From Candidatus Woesearchaeota archaeon (lineage in GTDB: Archaea > Nanobdellota > Nanobdellia > Woesearchaeales > SKGA01), in NCBI GenBank assembly GCA_046543005.1, contig JBKHAG010000001.1:1632-65631 (forward strand): a DNA stretch of 64,000 nucleotides, in the 5' to 3' direction. Under the pieces are notes generated by a model. That model was not told where the DNA came from and made no database searches. It worked only from the letters and a program-made list of their open reading frames with translations. Both the position numbers and the translations under genes were made by a program. Position 1 is the first letter of the stretch. Each line of letters opens with the position of its first letter. Shown here in pieces: positions 36,451-46,060 of the stretch.

Positions 36451-36943
36451 GAAAGGCCACCTCCAAAAAAGCTGGAGAAAAATGAGATCCGTTATAGACT
36501 AAACAATATCTTTTGTAAATATTTTGTGAAGCTCCACCACCTAAGTGGAGTCGCTTATTTTCCATGTCCGAAGAAGACTTTAAATGATTTAAAGTAACTG
36601 TTAAAGAAGGTTGAGGCTCTGATGCAAAACAAGCATCAAGACTTGATTGATTAAATGAAGCATCATTTATAATATTTGGTTGAGGTTTTTGAGTCCCCGG
36701 ATCTGTATATGTAAAACAAGTCGAACTTATTCGTGCAAGGGCCAAATCGCGAGGCAATTCTTCAGGCACAGGACTTAAAGAGTCAATATATCCTCCAAAA
36801 AGTAAAACAAAAAATACTAAAATAATTACTATTGGAAATAACATCAATACCCAATATAATGCAGAACTGCTTGATTCAAAACCGCTTTGTGAATCAGCAG
36901 ATCCTTTTTTTGAACGCAATAATGTGCTTAAGCGACTATTCAT
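36443..36943 (-). CDS. Pilin-like/N-terminally anchored secreted protein, 166 aa
   Basis: LLRSKKG|SADSQ... followed by hydrophobic stretch WVLMLFPIVIILVFFVLLFGG; overlaps neighbours. Confidence 0.45.
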   Translation of the reverse strand: MNSRLSTLLRSKKGSADSQSGFESSSSALYWVLMLFPIVIILVFFVLLFGGYIDSLSPVPEELPRDLALARISSTCFTYTDPGTQKPQPNIINDASFNQSSLDACFASEPQPSLTVTLNHLKSSSDMENKRLHLGGGASQNIYKRYCLVYNGSHFSPAFLEVAFHE

Positions 36944-37908
36944 GCAACCACCTCTTCAAGGGCATGCACAACTCGTTTAGCAAATACTTGTTTAAATCCT
37001 TTTAACTCGTTAGTTGATTCTAAAAGCTTTGAAGAAAGTAAAGAGTTTTGAGAATTTGCAAAAGCAATTTCTATTGTTGGTTGCGTAGTTGCAGAAGATA
37101 ATTTTTGGGGAACGCGCAATACAACAATACGAGGTTCTAAATATGTAATTAAAGATTTTGCATACTGATGAGATAATTCTTTTTCATGTAAACTATAAAA
37201 TAATTGGGTTTTGTATGCTAAATCAGCATCTTTATCCATAAAGGAAAGTCGCAATACTACTGTTTTACTTGCGTCTGGTTGGTTAAAACCATCTTGTTGG
37301 AGTTGCGCAGTTATTGTTCTTGATAATTCATCAAGACTTGGTTGCATCAAAGGATTATTTTTTGCATCAACAACGACAGTTACATGTAAATCTTTTTTTT
37401 GATGATTTACTTTTTCATTAGCTAACATGTCTTGAACAAAAGAATAGTCAAAAGAATCATTTTTTAAAATAAGCGAAGAAGATGTTTTTAAAAATGAAAA
37501 AGATCGAGCGTGCAAATAAGCCGCAGGTTTTACCGTTATTAATGTTGATGCCCAAAATGATTTTGTGTATATTGAATATAAATCTTGGAGTTGTTCTAAA
37601 CTTTCATATGAAGCGTTAGTTGCGTCATCCTTATTAAGATCAAACGAAGATATTTTTATCTTATTTGTACTAACCGAAACAAAAGAATTTTGCGAAGGTG
37701 AAGAGTAAGAAACTTGAGTTACATAAGGAACTGCGTGTAAGGCGTCAACCAAGTAGGCGGTGTCTTTCATTAAAAATTGCTGTTGGATTTCATCAGGGTT
37801 TAAGACGGCAGAGACAATACTAAATAGAATAATTAAAATCATTGCAACTAATACAATGCTTAATAATTGTGACTGTGTTAAACCTAATGCACCTCTTTTT
37901 GATTTCAT
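36940..37908 (-). CDS. Pilin-like protein with class III signal peptide, 322 aa
   Basis: MKSKRG|ALGLTQSQLLSIVLVAMILIILF. Confidence 0.5.
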   Translation of the reverse strand: MKSKRGALGLTQSQLLSIVLVAMILIILFSIVSAVLNPDEIQQQFLMKDTAYLVDALHAVPYVTQVSYSSPSQNSFVSVSTNKIKISSFDLNKDDATNASYESLEQLQDLYSIYTKSFWASTLITVKPAAYLHARSFSFLKTSSSLILKNDSFDYSFVQDMLANEKVNHQKKDLHVTVVVDAKNNPLMQPSLDELSRTITAQLQQDGFNQPDASKTVVLRLSFMDKDADLAYKTQLFYSLHEKELSHQYAKSLITYLEPRIVVLRVPQKLSSATTQPTIEIAFANSQNSLLSSKLLESTNELKGFKQVFAKRVVHALEEVVA

Positions 37909-37955
37909 GCGTAAAGTATACTCCCTCTTTATAATAAATAATAGTAATAATACTA

Positions 37956-39668
37956 TTATGCTAAAGCAAATGATAAAATAAAAGAATCCCCTTCTCGCTT
38001 AAGCGGCAAGGCATATTTTTCAAACTCTTCTTTGTAATTTTCTTCAGGTTGAACATATTTAAAATAAACATCATTTTCATCATAATCAACCCATCCTGAT
38101 GTTAGTGTTAATGAAGAAACGGATTCAAAAGTTTTTTGATCACCGTTTGATAAAATTTCTTTTTGTAATTTAGTGAAGGGTAAATCTATTGTTGTTGAAT
38201 AAAAGCAATGATGCACAAATCTTTTATCAAGAGGATTTTTTTTACCTTCACATAAAGACATATTGGCAAGCACATAAGAATCCTTTTGGACAAAATGTAC
38301 TTGAGAATAGATAAAAGAATGCGAACCCTCACCCATCTGAGCAGACAGTATTTCTTTTCGTTTAGATGCGTAACGAGTTGCCGAATCAGATAATGTCCCA
38401 TCTAAAGAGTCTTCTAAATGTAAAATGAATTGATTAAATAATTTTATGTGGATTGTTGTAAATTCTTCTTTGGAAGAAAAGGACGGTAATAATTGATTTT
38501 CAACTAAATAGCTTAAACTATCAAAAGATTTTTTTTTAGAAGAAATATATTCTAACTGTTGTTGTTCTTTGAGCAAATCATTAGTAGTTTGTTTATTTAA
38601 TGGATCTACAGGTTGACCTACACCAATAACTAAAGGTGCTAAAAGTTCATTAGATTTTTCTTTGACCGATAAAGATTTTTGAAAAAGCATATTTATTGAA
38701 GGTCCTTCAAGTACTCGCTTTCGCGCTTGAGCTTTATTTTTAGCATAACCCATACCACCAATAACAACACCGCCATCCCACTGCATTGCTGAAGAAACAA
38801 ATTCTACAATATCTTTATCTTGATCTTTTAAATTATATTTAAAACGACTATCTTTTAAAGTGAATAATAAATCTTTACCATCTTTGAAAATATTATCAGC
38901 GTCTGAAGAACTAAAATAATCTAAAAGAGCTGGTTGAATAAGCGTCACGATATCCATTGATTGAGCAACAAATCCTTCGTTTGCTTTATCTGAGGATGTT
39001 CTTAATTTAAGAATCTCATTTACATAAGCATCTTGTTTTACTTTTTCGTTACTATTTGCACGTCCTCGTCTATTTCCAAATACAATGTTTTCTTCTTTAA
39101 ACGAATAACACGTTGGTTCTGAGCACATATAAGATTGTCCGACAATTAATTTTTGTGGAGCAACAAAAGGTTCTTCTTGAATTTTTGTCCAATAAGGACC
39201 TTCATCGCAATAACAAACGCAAGCTCTGTTGGTGCATTGTTTAACATCGGGGCGTAAAAAGGTATAAAAATAATTATCATCACGTAATGTGGAGGTTAGT
39301 TCTTCTGAGCGTTGAAATGTTGTTGTCGGATTAAATGACAAATGTATATCCTCTGATCCACCTGAAAAAAATAAAAAGAGTTCATCTTCATGAATTGTTA
39401 GAGGGACAGAAGATGTTGCGTAACCTTGAGTTATTAACATAGATGGAAAATCATCTAACAACGTTTCAGGAATAGTTACGTCTGGTTCATCTATATCTGC
39501 TAAATAATTAACATTGTGAACAAAGGTTTCTAAGAGTTGCGAATTATCAACATCAGGTCGCCAAAGATGAGTTCCTGCTTTTAAAAAAGCAAAAACTAAT
39601 ATGATAGTAAGTATAAGAGCAAGCATCATGCTTAAGACAGCCATTCCTTTTTTTGAAGTATAATCCAT
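37956..39668 (-). CDS. Large pilin-like protein with class III signal peptide, 570 aa
   Basis: MDYTSKKG|MAVLSMMLALILTIILVFAFL; Cys-containing extracellular domain. Confidence 0.5.
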   Translation of the reverse strand: MDYTSKKGMAVLSMMLALILTIILVFAFLKAGTHLWRPDVDNSQLLETFVHNVNYLADIDEPDVTIPETLLDDFPSMLITQGYATSSVPLTIHEDELFLFFSGGSEDIHLSFNPTTTFQRSEELTSTLRDDNYFYTFLRPDVKQCTNRACVCYCDEGPYWTKIQEEPFVAPQKLIVGQSYMCSEPTCYSFKEENIVFGNRRGRANSNEKVKQDAYVNEILKLRTSSDKANEGFVAQSMDIVTLIQPALLDYFSSSDADNIFKDGKDLLFTLKDSRFKYNLKDQDKDIVEFVSSAMQWDGGVVIGGMGYAKNKAQARKRVLEGPSINMLFQKSLSVKEKSNELLAPLVIGVGQPVDPLNKQTTNDLLKEQQQLEYISSKKKSFDSLSYLVENQLLPSFSSKEEFTTIHIKLFNQFILHLEDSLDGTLSDSATRYASKRKEILSAQMGEGSHSFIYSQVHFVQKDSYVLANMSLCEGKKNPLDKRFVHHCFYSTTIDLPFTKLQKEILSNGDQKTFESVSSLTLTSGWVDYDENDVYFKYVQPEENYKEEFEKYALPLKREGDSFILSFALA

Positions 39669-39699
39669 ATTCTTTACAACTACTTTTGCTTATATGAAC

Positions 39700-40344
39700 C
39701 TATGCAGAATCCTCTTTTGAATCTTCATCAAGATATTTAGCATCATTAATTTTTTGTATACATTCATCTTTTGGCGTGGCGCAAACAGTTTCTAAATTAT
39801 TTGGACTAAATAATGTTCCTGCGCCGTCTTTTTTAATTTTTAAAAAATCTCTTTCAAAATCAGCAGGAGTACACATTTTATCGTCACCAGATGCTCCATT
39901 AAAACAAAATAATGTTGGTGAAGGTTGCTCATCTAAAGAATCGAGCAAATAATCTTTTTCAGGTTCAGGTAAATGTAATTTCACATCCTCATTTCCTGTG
40001 TTTTTTAAAGCCAAATAATTAATAATTTCATCTCGCGCAATAGCAGAAATATTATGAACTTCCTCTTTAAACAATTTATAACCGCGTTCATCATTTGAAA
40101 CCCATACTAAGTCATCAATAACATATCGCACCGCGTAAGGGTCATCTTTACTGTCGCACGGACAAGGATCAATAATATTTTTTAAGCCATCATCATCATA
40201 ATCTGATTGTTCTAAATATTCCTTAATAGTTTCGCCTCCTTTATCAGTTGCGTCTCCGACCAGAAATATCATTGCTAAAATAATAACGATTATAACTATT
40301 AATGAGCCCACTAAAGATAATGTACTTAATCCTTTTTTATTCAT
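39700..40344 (-). CDS. Pilin-like protein with class III signal peptide (start corrected), ~214 aa
   Basis: Internal start MNKKG|LSTLSLVGSLIVIIVIILAMIFLVG (ATG 40342-40344); ORF-track 22-codon N-extension unlikely. Confidence 0.5.
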   Translation of the reverse strand: MNKKGLSTLSLVGSLIVIIVIILAMIFLVGDATDKGGETIKEYLEQSDYDDDGLKNIIDPCPCDSKDDPYAVRYVIDDLVWVSNDERGYKLFKEEVHNISAIARDEIINYLALKNTGNEDVKLHLPEPEKDYLLDSLDEQPSPTLFCFNGASGDDKMCTPADFERDFLKIKKDGAGTLFSPNNLETVCATPKDECIQKINDAKYLDEDSKEDSA

Positions 40345-40603
40345 TTTGTATACCTCGCGAAGAATCAGAATATTGTGCGTTACTAGGTGACTGGACACCT
40401 TCAGAAGCACTAAATAATGAAGAAACAGCGCCGCCTATTCTGTTAAATAAAGTATCTGGGCTGGTGACTTCATCAACACTACTGTCTGCTCGTCCAAACC
40501 CATTTGTAAAAAATAGAGTTAATAATAATAAAACGATAACACCTATGATTAAATACATAATCATGGAAAATCCTATTCCTTTTTTATCTTGTTTGTCTAT
40601 CAT
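40337..40603 (-). CDS. Small pilin-like protein, 88 aa
   Basis: MIDKQDKKG|IGFSMIMYLIIGVIVLLLLTLFF; 8-nt overlap with next gene. Confidence 0.5.
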   Translation of the reverse strand: MIDKQDKKGIGFSMIMYLIIGVIVLLLLTLFFTNGFGRADSSVDEVTSPDTLFNRIGGAVSSLFSASEGVQSPSNAQYSDSSRGIQNE

Positions 40604-40611
40604 ATATCCAC

Positions 40612-40797
40612 CTAACGTTTTGCTCCTGAAAACAAACTACCTAACGTTTCTAAAAGAGAACCTCCTTTATCGGCTTGTTTTGTCATAAAAATAATAACGA
40701 GTAATAAACTAATAACTGCTACAGCCATTATAATAATTGTTGTCATAGAGATTTCTCCTTTCTTAAAAGGTATATGTTGTATCATCTTGTAAAACAT
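40612..40797 (-). CDS. Very small pilin-like protein, 61 aa (candidate major filament subunit)
   Basis: HIPFKKG|EISMTTIIIMAVAVISLLLVIIF then short polar tail; size typical of major pilins of Flp/archaeal type. Confidence 0.45.
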   Translation of the reverse strand: MFYKMIQHIPFKKGEISMTTIIIMAVAVISLLLVIIFMTKQADKGGSLLETLGSLFSGAKR

Positions 40798-41567
40798 TGC
40801 GCCTCCAACGCATCTTGAAGTGGCATTACACTTAACACATATAAATACTCGTGATGTGAAAATAATGTTTTAACCGATTGAATTGTACTGTATGTTGAAC
40901 CTAAAGGTCCTAAAAGGACTCCAACTGCTTGATGTTTAAGTATTTTGGTGTTTTTGGAATCCTCTGCTCCTGCAAAAACACCAATAACATATGTTTCTTT
41001 AGCTTTTATTGGTTGACTAATAAAAATAGAAAAATCAACTTCAGATTTGGCATCTGGGTGTGACAAAATATATTCAGAATATGTATAAGGAACATCGTCA
41101 ATTACTTTATATTGTGTAGAGTTTAAAAATTTTAGATAATGCTCTGGTTCTATTTGAGTATCTGAAGATATTTTTTGAGGATCTAAAGAAAATTGATACA
41201 TAATAAAACATTTTTCATCTTCAAAAAAATTAGTATCCCACACATCATTAATATTTCCGTGATGTAAAATCCACGCAGTATTTGCAAGCATATTAGCAAG
41301 TTCTTTTTGAACTTGATAGGATGTTTTTCCTTCTTGAGGTAATGTTTTTGAAATAGTTCGACATTGATTATTTATAGTGGGAACTATTTTTAAATCATCA
41401 CTGGCTTTTTGTAAACCCAACATAAGATGACACGCGAGTCCTTCTTGACCGTCTTGGACAATTGTACCCATACCCATAAAGTGTGCGATTAAAAGTCCTG
41501 CAGATATGACAAAAAATATAATAATAATAAGTGTCGACATTCCTACAGTTATTGCTTTTTTATCCAA
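40782..41567 (-). CDS. Pilin-like protein, paralog of 41775-42638 (261 aa); apparent TTG start
   Basis: (L/M)DKKA|ITVGMSTLIIIIFFVISAGLLIA; shared motifs with neighbour: C(H)(L/A)MLG(L/V)Q, GHGN..D(V/L)W, DD(V/F)PYTY(S/A)(E/D)Y(I/V)(L/M)(S/H)HPD(A/T)K.E.D. Confidence 0.5.
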   Translation of the reverse strand: MDKKAITVGMSTLIIIIFFVISAGLLIAHFMGMGTIVQDGQEGLACHLMLGLQKASDDLKIVPTINNQCRTISKTLPQEGKTSYQVQKELANMLANTAWILHHGNINDVWDTNFFEDEKCFIMYQFSLDPQKISSDTQIEPEHYLKFLNSTQYKVIDDVPYTYSEYILSHPDAKSEVDFSIFISQPIKAKETYVIGVFAGAEDSKNTKILKHQAVGVLLGPLGSTYSTIQSVKTLFSHHEYLYVLSVMPLQDALEAQCFTR

Positions 41568-41688
41568 ACAAATTCACCTTTTTTATAATTACTGACGCTA
41601 CAAGTAAAAAAACAAGGAGTAAAAAAGTAATTGATAAAATCCATTCAGTCGTGCTTGCTTTTTTTGTAGTAAATAGGGTGCTTCTCAT
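41560..41688 (-). CDS. Unannotated 42-aa small ORF with class III-like N-terminus in the spacer between the two paralogs (below ORF-track size cutoff)
   Basis: MRSTLFTTKKA|STTEWILSITFLLLVFLLVASVIIKKVNLFG; TATA-like TATTTAAATA ~30 nt upstream of ATG 41686-41688; TAA stop overlaps start of 40782-41567 (TTGGATAA). Confidence 0.3.
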   Translation of the reverse strand: MRSTLFTTKKASTTEWILSITFLLLVFLLVASVIIKKVNLFG

Positions 41689-41774
41689 AGCATTTTTAAA
41701 GAAAAGAAAGTATTTAAATATAGCGTTTATGAAAAATAAGTAAAGAGTTTTTTACCAAGAAGAAAAATCTTTAT

Positions 41775-42638
41775 TTATAAGGTATCTTGCTCGTTAAGGT
41801 ACACACAACCCGAGCTTATTGCTTCTTCTAGTGTTGAAAACCAAATAATTGTAGTATCGACTCTAAAATCATCAATAATAACTTTACCCAGCACTCCTGT
41901 AAATACATATCCTAATATATTTGCTAATCGACTGGAACTATCTATACTCATAACGCTTATTGCATAAAATTGATTAGTAGATAGATTTTTTTCTTGTAAA
42001 TGTTGAGAAGACACTTTGACAATTTCTTTTTTTTCTTGAGCGTAAAAAGGAGCCAATAATACATCATGCTCTATTTTTGTATCGGGATGATGCATAACAT
42101 AATCTGCGTAGGTATAAGGAAAATCATCGATTGTTTTATACAACGTAGAATTTAAATATAAATCTAAAGATAAATAATTCATTTGTGACTGCATTTCTTC
42201 AGGTATCTTTGTTTTAGGAATTTGAATTTCATAAACAATACCACATTCAGAATTTCTAAAAAAATCATAATCACCCCACAAGTCAGGATAATTTCCGTGA
42301 CCAATAACCCACGATGTTTGAGCAATATAATTTGAAATTTCAGAAAATATCTGTTGAGGAGTGCGAGAGTTTTGGGAAATTTCTCGACGCATTGTTTGAC
42401 AAGTATTTTGTACTTTAGTATTAGCTAAAGCAGTCTCTCTATTGGTAAAATCTTGAACGCCTAACATCGCGTGACATAGTTGTTCTTCTTCTAAAGAATT
42501 AATTGAATTATGAGTTGAAAAAATAATAGCAACAAGTAAGCCAAAACCAATAAGTGCAATAATAATAATAACGAGTTTTGTCACGCCTATATTTGCTTTT
42601 TTAGAACATAGTTTTTGTTTCACACTACCACGACTCAC
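41775..42638 (-). CDS. Pilin-like protein, paralog of 40782-41567 (287 aa)
   Basis: LCSKKA|NIGVTKLVIIIIALIGFGLLVAIIF; paralogous motifs as above. Confidence 0.5.
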   Translation of the reverse strand: MSRGSVKQKLCSKKANIGVTKLVIIIIALIGFGLLVAIIFSTHNSINSLEEEQLCHAMLGVQDFTNRETALANTKVQNTCQTMRREISQNSRTPQQIFSEISNYIAQTSWVIGHGNYPDLWGDYDFFRNSECGIVYEIQIPKTKIPEEMQSQMNYLSLDLYLNSTLYKTIDDFPYTYADYVMHHPDTKIEHDVLLAPFYAQEKKEIVKVSSQHLQEKNLSTNQFYAISVMSIDSSSRLANILGYVFTGVLGKVIIDDFRVDTTIIWFSTLEEAISSGCVYLNEQDTL

Positions 42639-42640
42639 GT

Positions 42641-43918
42641 TTATGCAGTTTCACAAACACCTGCAGAATTCCAAAAACAATTTACATCACAATACTCATT
42701 TGAACCTATACATATTTCTTCTGACTCATAACCCGAACACGCTTTACAAGTATAACAGTCACCTCGACCTTCTGGTTTTGAAGCCTTTTTTGGCACCCAA
42801 AAACAATCAGTATCTTCATATGCGAAATTATTAATTAGGCATTGATTTGAATCACAACTACCTTTCGTATCGTAGTCTTGACAAGAACTAACTGTTGAGC
42901 AAGACGTACATCTTGGCGAGCCTATAAAAGGATCTACCACGTGACAATTTAAAGAAAACCACATGTTTTTTTCTGGACGTTGACTATAGTCTAAACATGA
43001 TTGAATAGAAAATAAATCACAAGTTGTTGCTCCACTAAAGAAGAATGATTCAATAATATCTTCTTGGGAACCAATAATAAAGGTATCACAATAAACAGGT
43101 AAACTGTTTTCAACATTATCTAAATGCAGTCCTAATTCATCACTACCTAAACTAAATGTTGGACAAGGAACTTTATAATCATTATCTGGTGCAGAATACG
43201 TCTTCATTTCTGTTAAATTAAGCGAATTTTGCTTGTGTATATTTTCTTCATACACGCAACCTGCTTGGTTTTGTCCCCAAGCTAAATCAACCGTGACATC
43301 TTGTAATGCAAAAGGTTCTTGATCAGGATTCGTATGCGCTTGCACACCTAAAAAACAAAAATGTTCATTATTTCGTTGTCGTGAATAAAAATGTCCTGTA
43401 ATAGAACCAACAAGTAAAGGTTGGGAAGAATTATTTAGCAAAGCACCAGGATCATACTTTGTTGTTGAAGAATCACTTGTAGATGAAGCATCACTTGAGG
43501 AAGTGCTATCTGATGAAGTATCGCTTGATGAATCTTCTTGAGAGGAATCTTGTGAATTATAATTTAGCGAAGAATCAAGCACTTCAACATCTTCTCCAGC
43601 TTTCCATTTGTCAAAATATTCTTGTGGGACGGAAGGTTTTTTTACACAACAAATATAGTCTTTTTTGGTTTGAACAATTGTTGACTGCATAGAAACTTTT
43701 GAATTACATTCCTCGCTTGCGTTAAGCAAAACGCCTCCATAATTAGCACAATTTTCTTGAAAATTTTGTACAGGCGATGCTGCTCGAAAAAGCGTAGGAA
43801 ATAAAATAGCCAAGATAACAATCATTACTGCTATTCCAATAATAATTGCCCATGTCATATCAATAGATCCCTTGCGGGACGATAAAAAAGAAGAAGAAAA
43901 AGAAAACAAAATTGTCAC
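42641..43918 (-). CDS. Cys-rich pilin-like/secreted protein with poly-Ser/Asp linker, 425 aa
   Basis: SSRKG|SIDMTWAIIIGIAVMIVILAILF; linker SSQDSSQEDSSSDTSSDSTSSSDASSTSDSSTT; C-terminal half with >20 Cys. Confidence 0.5.
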   Translation of the reverse strand: MTILFSFSSSFLSSRKGSIDMTWAIIIGIAVMIVILAILFPTLFRAASPVQNFQENCANYGGVLLNASEECNSKVSMQSTIVQTKKDYICCVKKPSVPQEYFDKWKAGEDVEVLDSSLNYNSQDSSQEDSSSDTSSDSTSSSDASSTSDSSTTKYDPGALLNNSSQPLLVGSITGHFYSRQRNNEHFCFLGVQAHTNPDQEPFALQDVTVDLAWGQNQAGCVYEENIHKQNSLNLTEMKTYSAPDNDYKVPCPTFSLGSDELGLHLDNVENSLPVYCDTFIIGSQEDIIESFFFSGATTCDLFSIQSCLDYSQRPEKNMWFSLNCHVVDPFIGSPRCTSCSTVSSCQDYDTKGSCDSNQCLINNFAYEDTDCFWVPKKASKPEGRGDCYTCKACSGYESEEICIGSNEYCDVNCFWNSAGVCETA

Positions 43919-44176
43919 CTATAATTCTCTACAACAGATTTGTTCTCCATCACAAGATCCGCCAATAAGTTTTATTTGACCGTCTGGACAGCTACCGTCA
44001 ACAGAATTTATGCAATTTCCTTCATAAATACCATAAGAACAATCTTGAGATGTGGTTACATCGCTACTTGCTCCAAAAATAAGTACTGCTAAAACAACCA
44101 ACACAATAAGTGCAATTGCTGCAATGATAATTACATTCATGGATAATCCTTGACCTTTTTTAGATTTAAAATTCAT
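43919..44176 (-). CDS. Small pilin-like protein with Cys-rich C-terminal knob, 85 aa
   Basis: MNFKSKKG|QGLSMNVIIIAAIALIVLVVLAVLIF ... CSYGIYEGNCINSVDGSCPDGQIKLIGGSCDGEQICC. Confidence 0.55.
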   Translation of the reverse strand: MNFKSKKGQGLSMNVIIIAAIALIVLVVLAVLIFGASSDVTTSQDCSYGIYEGNCINSVDGSCPDGQIKLIGGSCDGEQICCREL

Positions 44177-44271
44177 ACAAACACCTCGTTTGATTGTACT
44201 GTAACTAAGAAAACATCATATTTAAATCTTTGTATAACAAAAAAGAAAAAAAGAAAAAATTGAACAAACAA

Positions 44272-44817
44272 TTAGTCGTTATAAATATCACAAGCAACAT
44301 AAAATTCTGCTTGAGCTGCTTGAACAGGAATTGTTTGTAAAAACACATTTTCTAAATGAAGAGGTCCAACAGTATCACCTTCAGACAAGGTATATTGAGA
44401 ATCTTCTATTATTATTGTTACAGTTTCAGATTCACTATTAACGCCTAATAACTGATAATCTAAGCCACAAAGAGTTGGATTACCAGAGTAATTATAAGTA
44501 CTTGTTTGTTCTGCAGAAACAGGAATTGTTTGAGTATACGTTTCAATAATAGTATACCCTTCAAAACCCATTACTACACGCATTGGAAAAAGATTTTCAT
44601 CAAAAGAATTTTTTGCTTTACTAATCTTTGAATCAACAAAATACTTCGCATCTCCTGCTAAATTTTCACTAGAAGTAGCATCATCTAAAACCATCCCGGC
44701 ATCATTAGGTATTGCCGTTTTATGTCCAGAAGTCGTTGTCATAATCAAACTAATAACTCCTATAATCGCTACTACAGCAACAAGAGAAATTAGTGCCAAA
44801 TTATTATTTTTATCCAT
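44272..44817 (-). CDS. Pilin-like protein, 181 aa
   Basis: MDKNNNLALISLVAVVAIIGVISLIM N-terminal hydrophobic segment. Confidence 0.45.
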   Translation of the reverse strand: MDKNNNLALISLVAVVAIIGVISLIMTTTSGHKTAIPNDAGMVLDDATSSENLAGDAKYFVDSKISKAKNSFDENLFPMRVVMGFEGYTIIETYTQTIPVSAEQTSTYNYSGNPTLCGLDYQLLGVNSESETVTIIIEDSQYTLSEGDTVGPLHLENVFLQTIPVQAAQAEFYVACDIYND

Positions 44818-44904
44818 TTTTTAAACACCTCACAACCTTAAAAAAGTTATGTCAATTAAAAATAATACTCAATAATATATAATATGTATCGATTTTCAAT
44901 AAAT

Positions 44905-45435
44905 TTACGGCATGCAAAAACCAAGTTCTACTTTGGCATCACCAGGCGTGGGATGATAAGGAATATGAAAAATCCCTGGAGCTCCCCGCCCCACTGTTTT
45001 AGGCAAACAATCTGCAAATGATTGATTAATAATAAGATCTTGAGAGGAAGAAACATAATGGTTTAAATCAATTTGTAAACTATACGGTATGTCCCACTCT
45101 TTAAGTGTTTGTTGAGAAATATGATCAACAATCTGCTGCACATAATCACACGAATTAAGAGAGCCACAAATAACTGTATTTTTAGTACCACAATTAACTA
45201 ACAAATCTTCAAAAGAAGTTTTTCCACAATTAGGAATAGAAACATCAAGTAACACATCAACATAACTTGTTGCGAGTTCATTATAGGCGTATTCTTTATA
45301 CAAACTTCCTTTTGAGGAAGCAGGTTTTGATGCACTATATGAAACATATACTAACATTGCAACTGTAAGAATAACAACGATTACAATAAGACCCATTATT
45401 TCAGATTGTCCCTTACGGGCGCGTTTAGAATTCAT
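44905..45435 (-). CDS. Pilin-like protein with class III signal peptide, 176 aa
   Basis: MNSKRARKG|QSEIMGLIVIVVILTVAMLVYV. Confidence 0.55.
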   Translation of the reverse strand: MNSKRARKGQSEIMGLIVIVVILTVAMLVYVSYSASKPASSKGSLYKEYAYNELATSYVDVLLDVSIPNCGKTSFEDLLVNCGTKNTVICGSLNSCDYVQQIVDHISQQTLKEWDIPYSLQIDLNHYVSSSQDLIINQSFADCLPKTVGRGAPGIFHIPYHPTPGDAKVELGFCMP

Positions 45436-45965
45436 GCTTGTACATTCCTCCTGTATGTTTGAATTTCCAACAATCCAAAATGGCTTTCGTCAGTAAGCGA
45501 ATCATATAATGTTATAGGAATAATAGTCATTGTTGAAGAATATGATTGATTATCACCTATTTCATTTTCATAAATAACATATTGGGTAACATCGCCTTGC
45601 TCAGATGTTGGATACACATCTTTAATAGTAATTTTTGCATCTCCAAATTGGTTAAAATAATATTCTGCAGCAAATGGTATGTTTTGTATTGTTGTATTAA
45701 ATAAACGTACTTTATATAAATCAAAACAAGACGTTTTTGCAACATCATATTCTGAGCAAGAAAGTTCGCCAAGCGAAGCAATGATTTGAGTTTGAGCAAC
45801 ATCGTCAAGATCGGCAAATGTTCGTGAAAGCGTTACTGTTTCTTCTTGTTGGGCGCGTGAAAAAAATATTATCCCTAAAATAATAAGAAATAAAATAACT
45901 ATAACTGCAAAAATAGATTCTAAGCTTTGCATTTGACCTTTTTTTGAAGATAGCAAATATTTCAT
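45432..45965 (-). CDS. Pilin-like protein with class III signal peptide, 177 aa
   Basis: LLSSKKG|QMQSLESIFAVIVILFLIILGIIFF; 4-nt overlap with next gene. Confidence 0.55.
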   Translation of the reverse strand: MKYLLSSKKGQMQSLESIFAVIVILFLIILGIIFFSRAQQEETVTLSRTFADLDDVAQTQIIASLGELSCSEYDVAKTSCFDLYKVRLFNTTIQNIPFAAEYYFNQFGDAKITIKDVYPTSEQGDVTQYVIYENEIGDNQSYSSTMTIIPITLYDSLTDESHFGLLEIQTYRRNVQA

Positions 45966-46060
45966 TTTTATTTTGTATTCTCTTTTTGTTTTTTTAAGTG
46001 CACATTTTTCTTTTGTTCTTTTTTATTATACTGTTTTTTATTTTCTTTTTGTTTATTTCT

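Noticed and set aside
40345-40410. 22-codon N-terminal extension of the pilin-like ORF 39700-40410
   Set aside because: A class III signal peptide begins at the internal Met (MNKKGLSTL…). The extension would overlap the upstream gene by about 70 nt.
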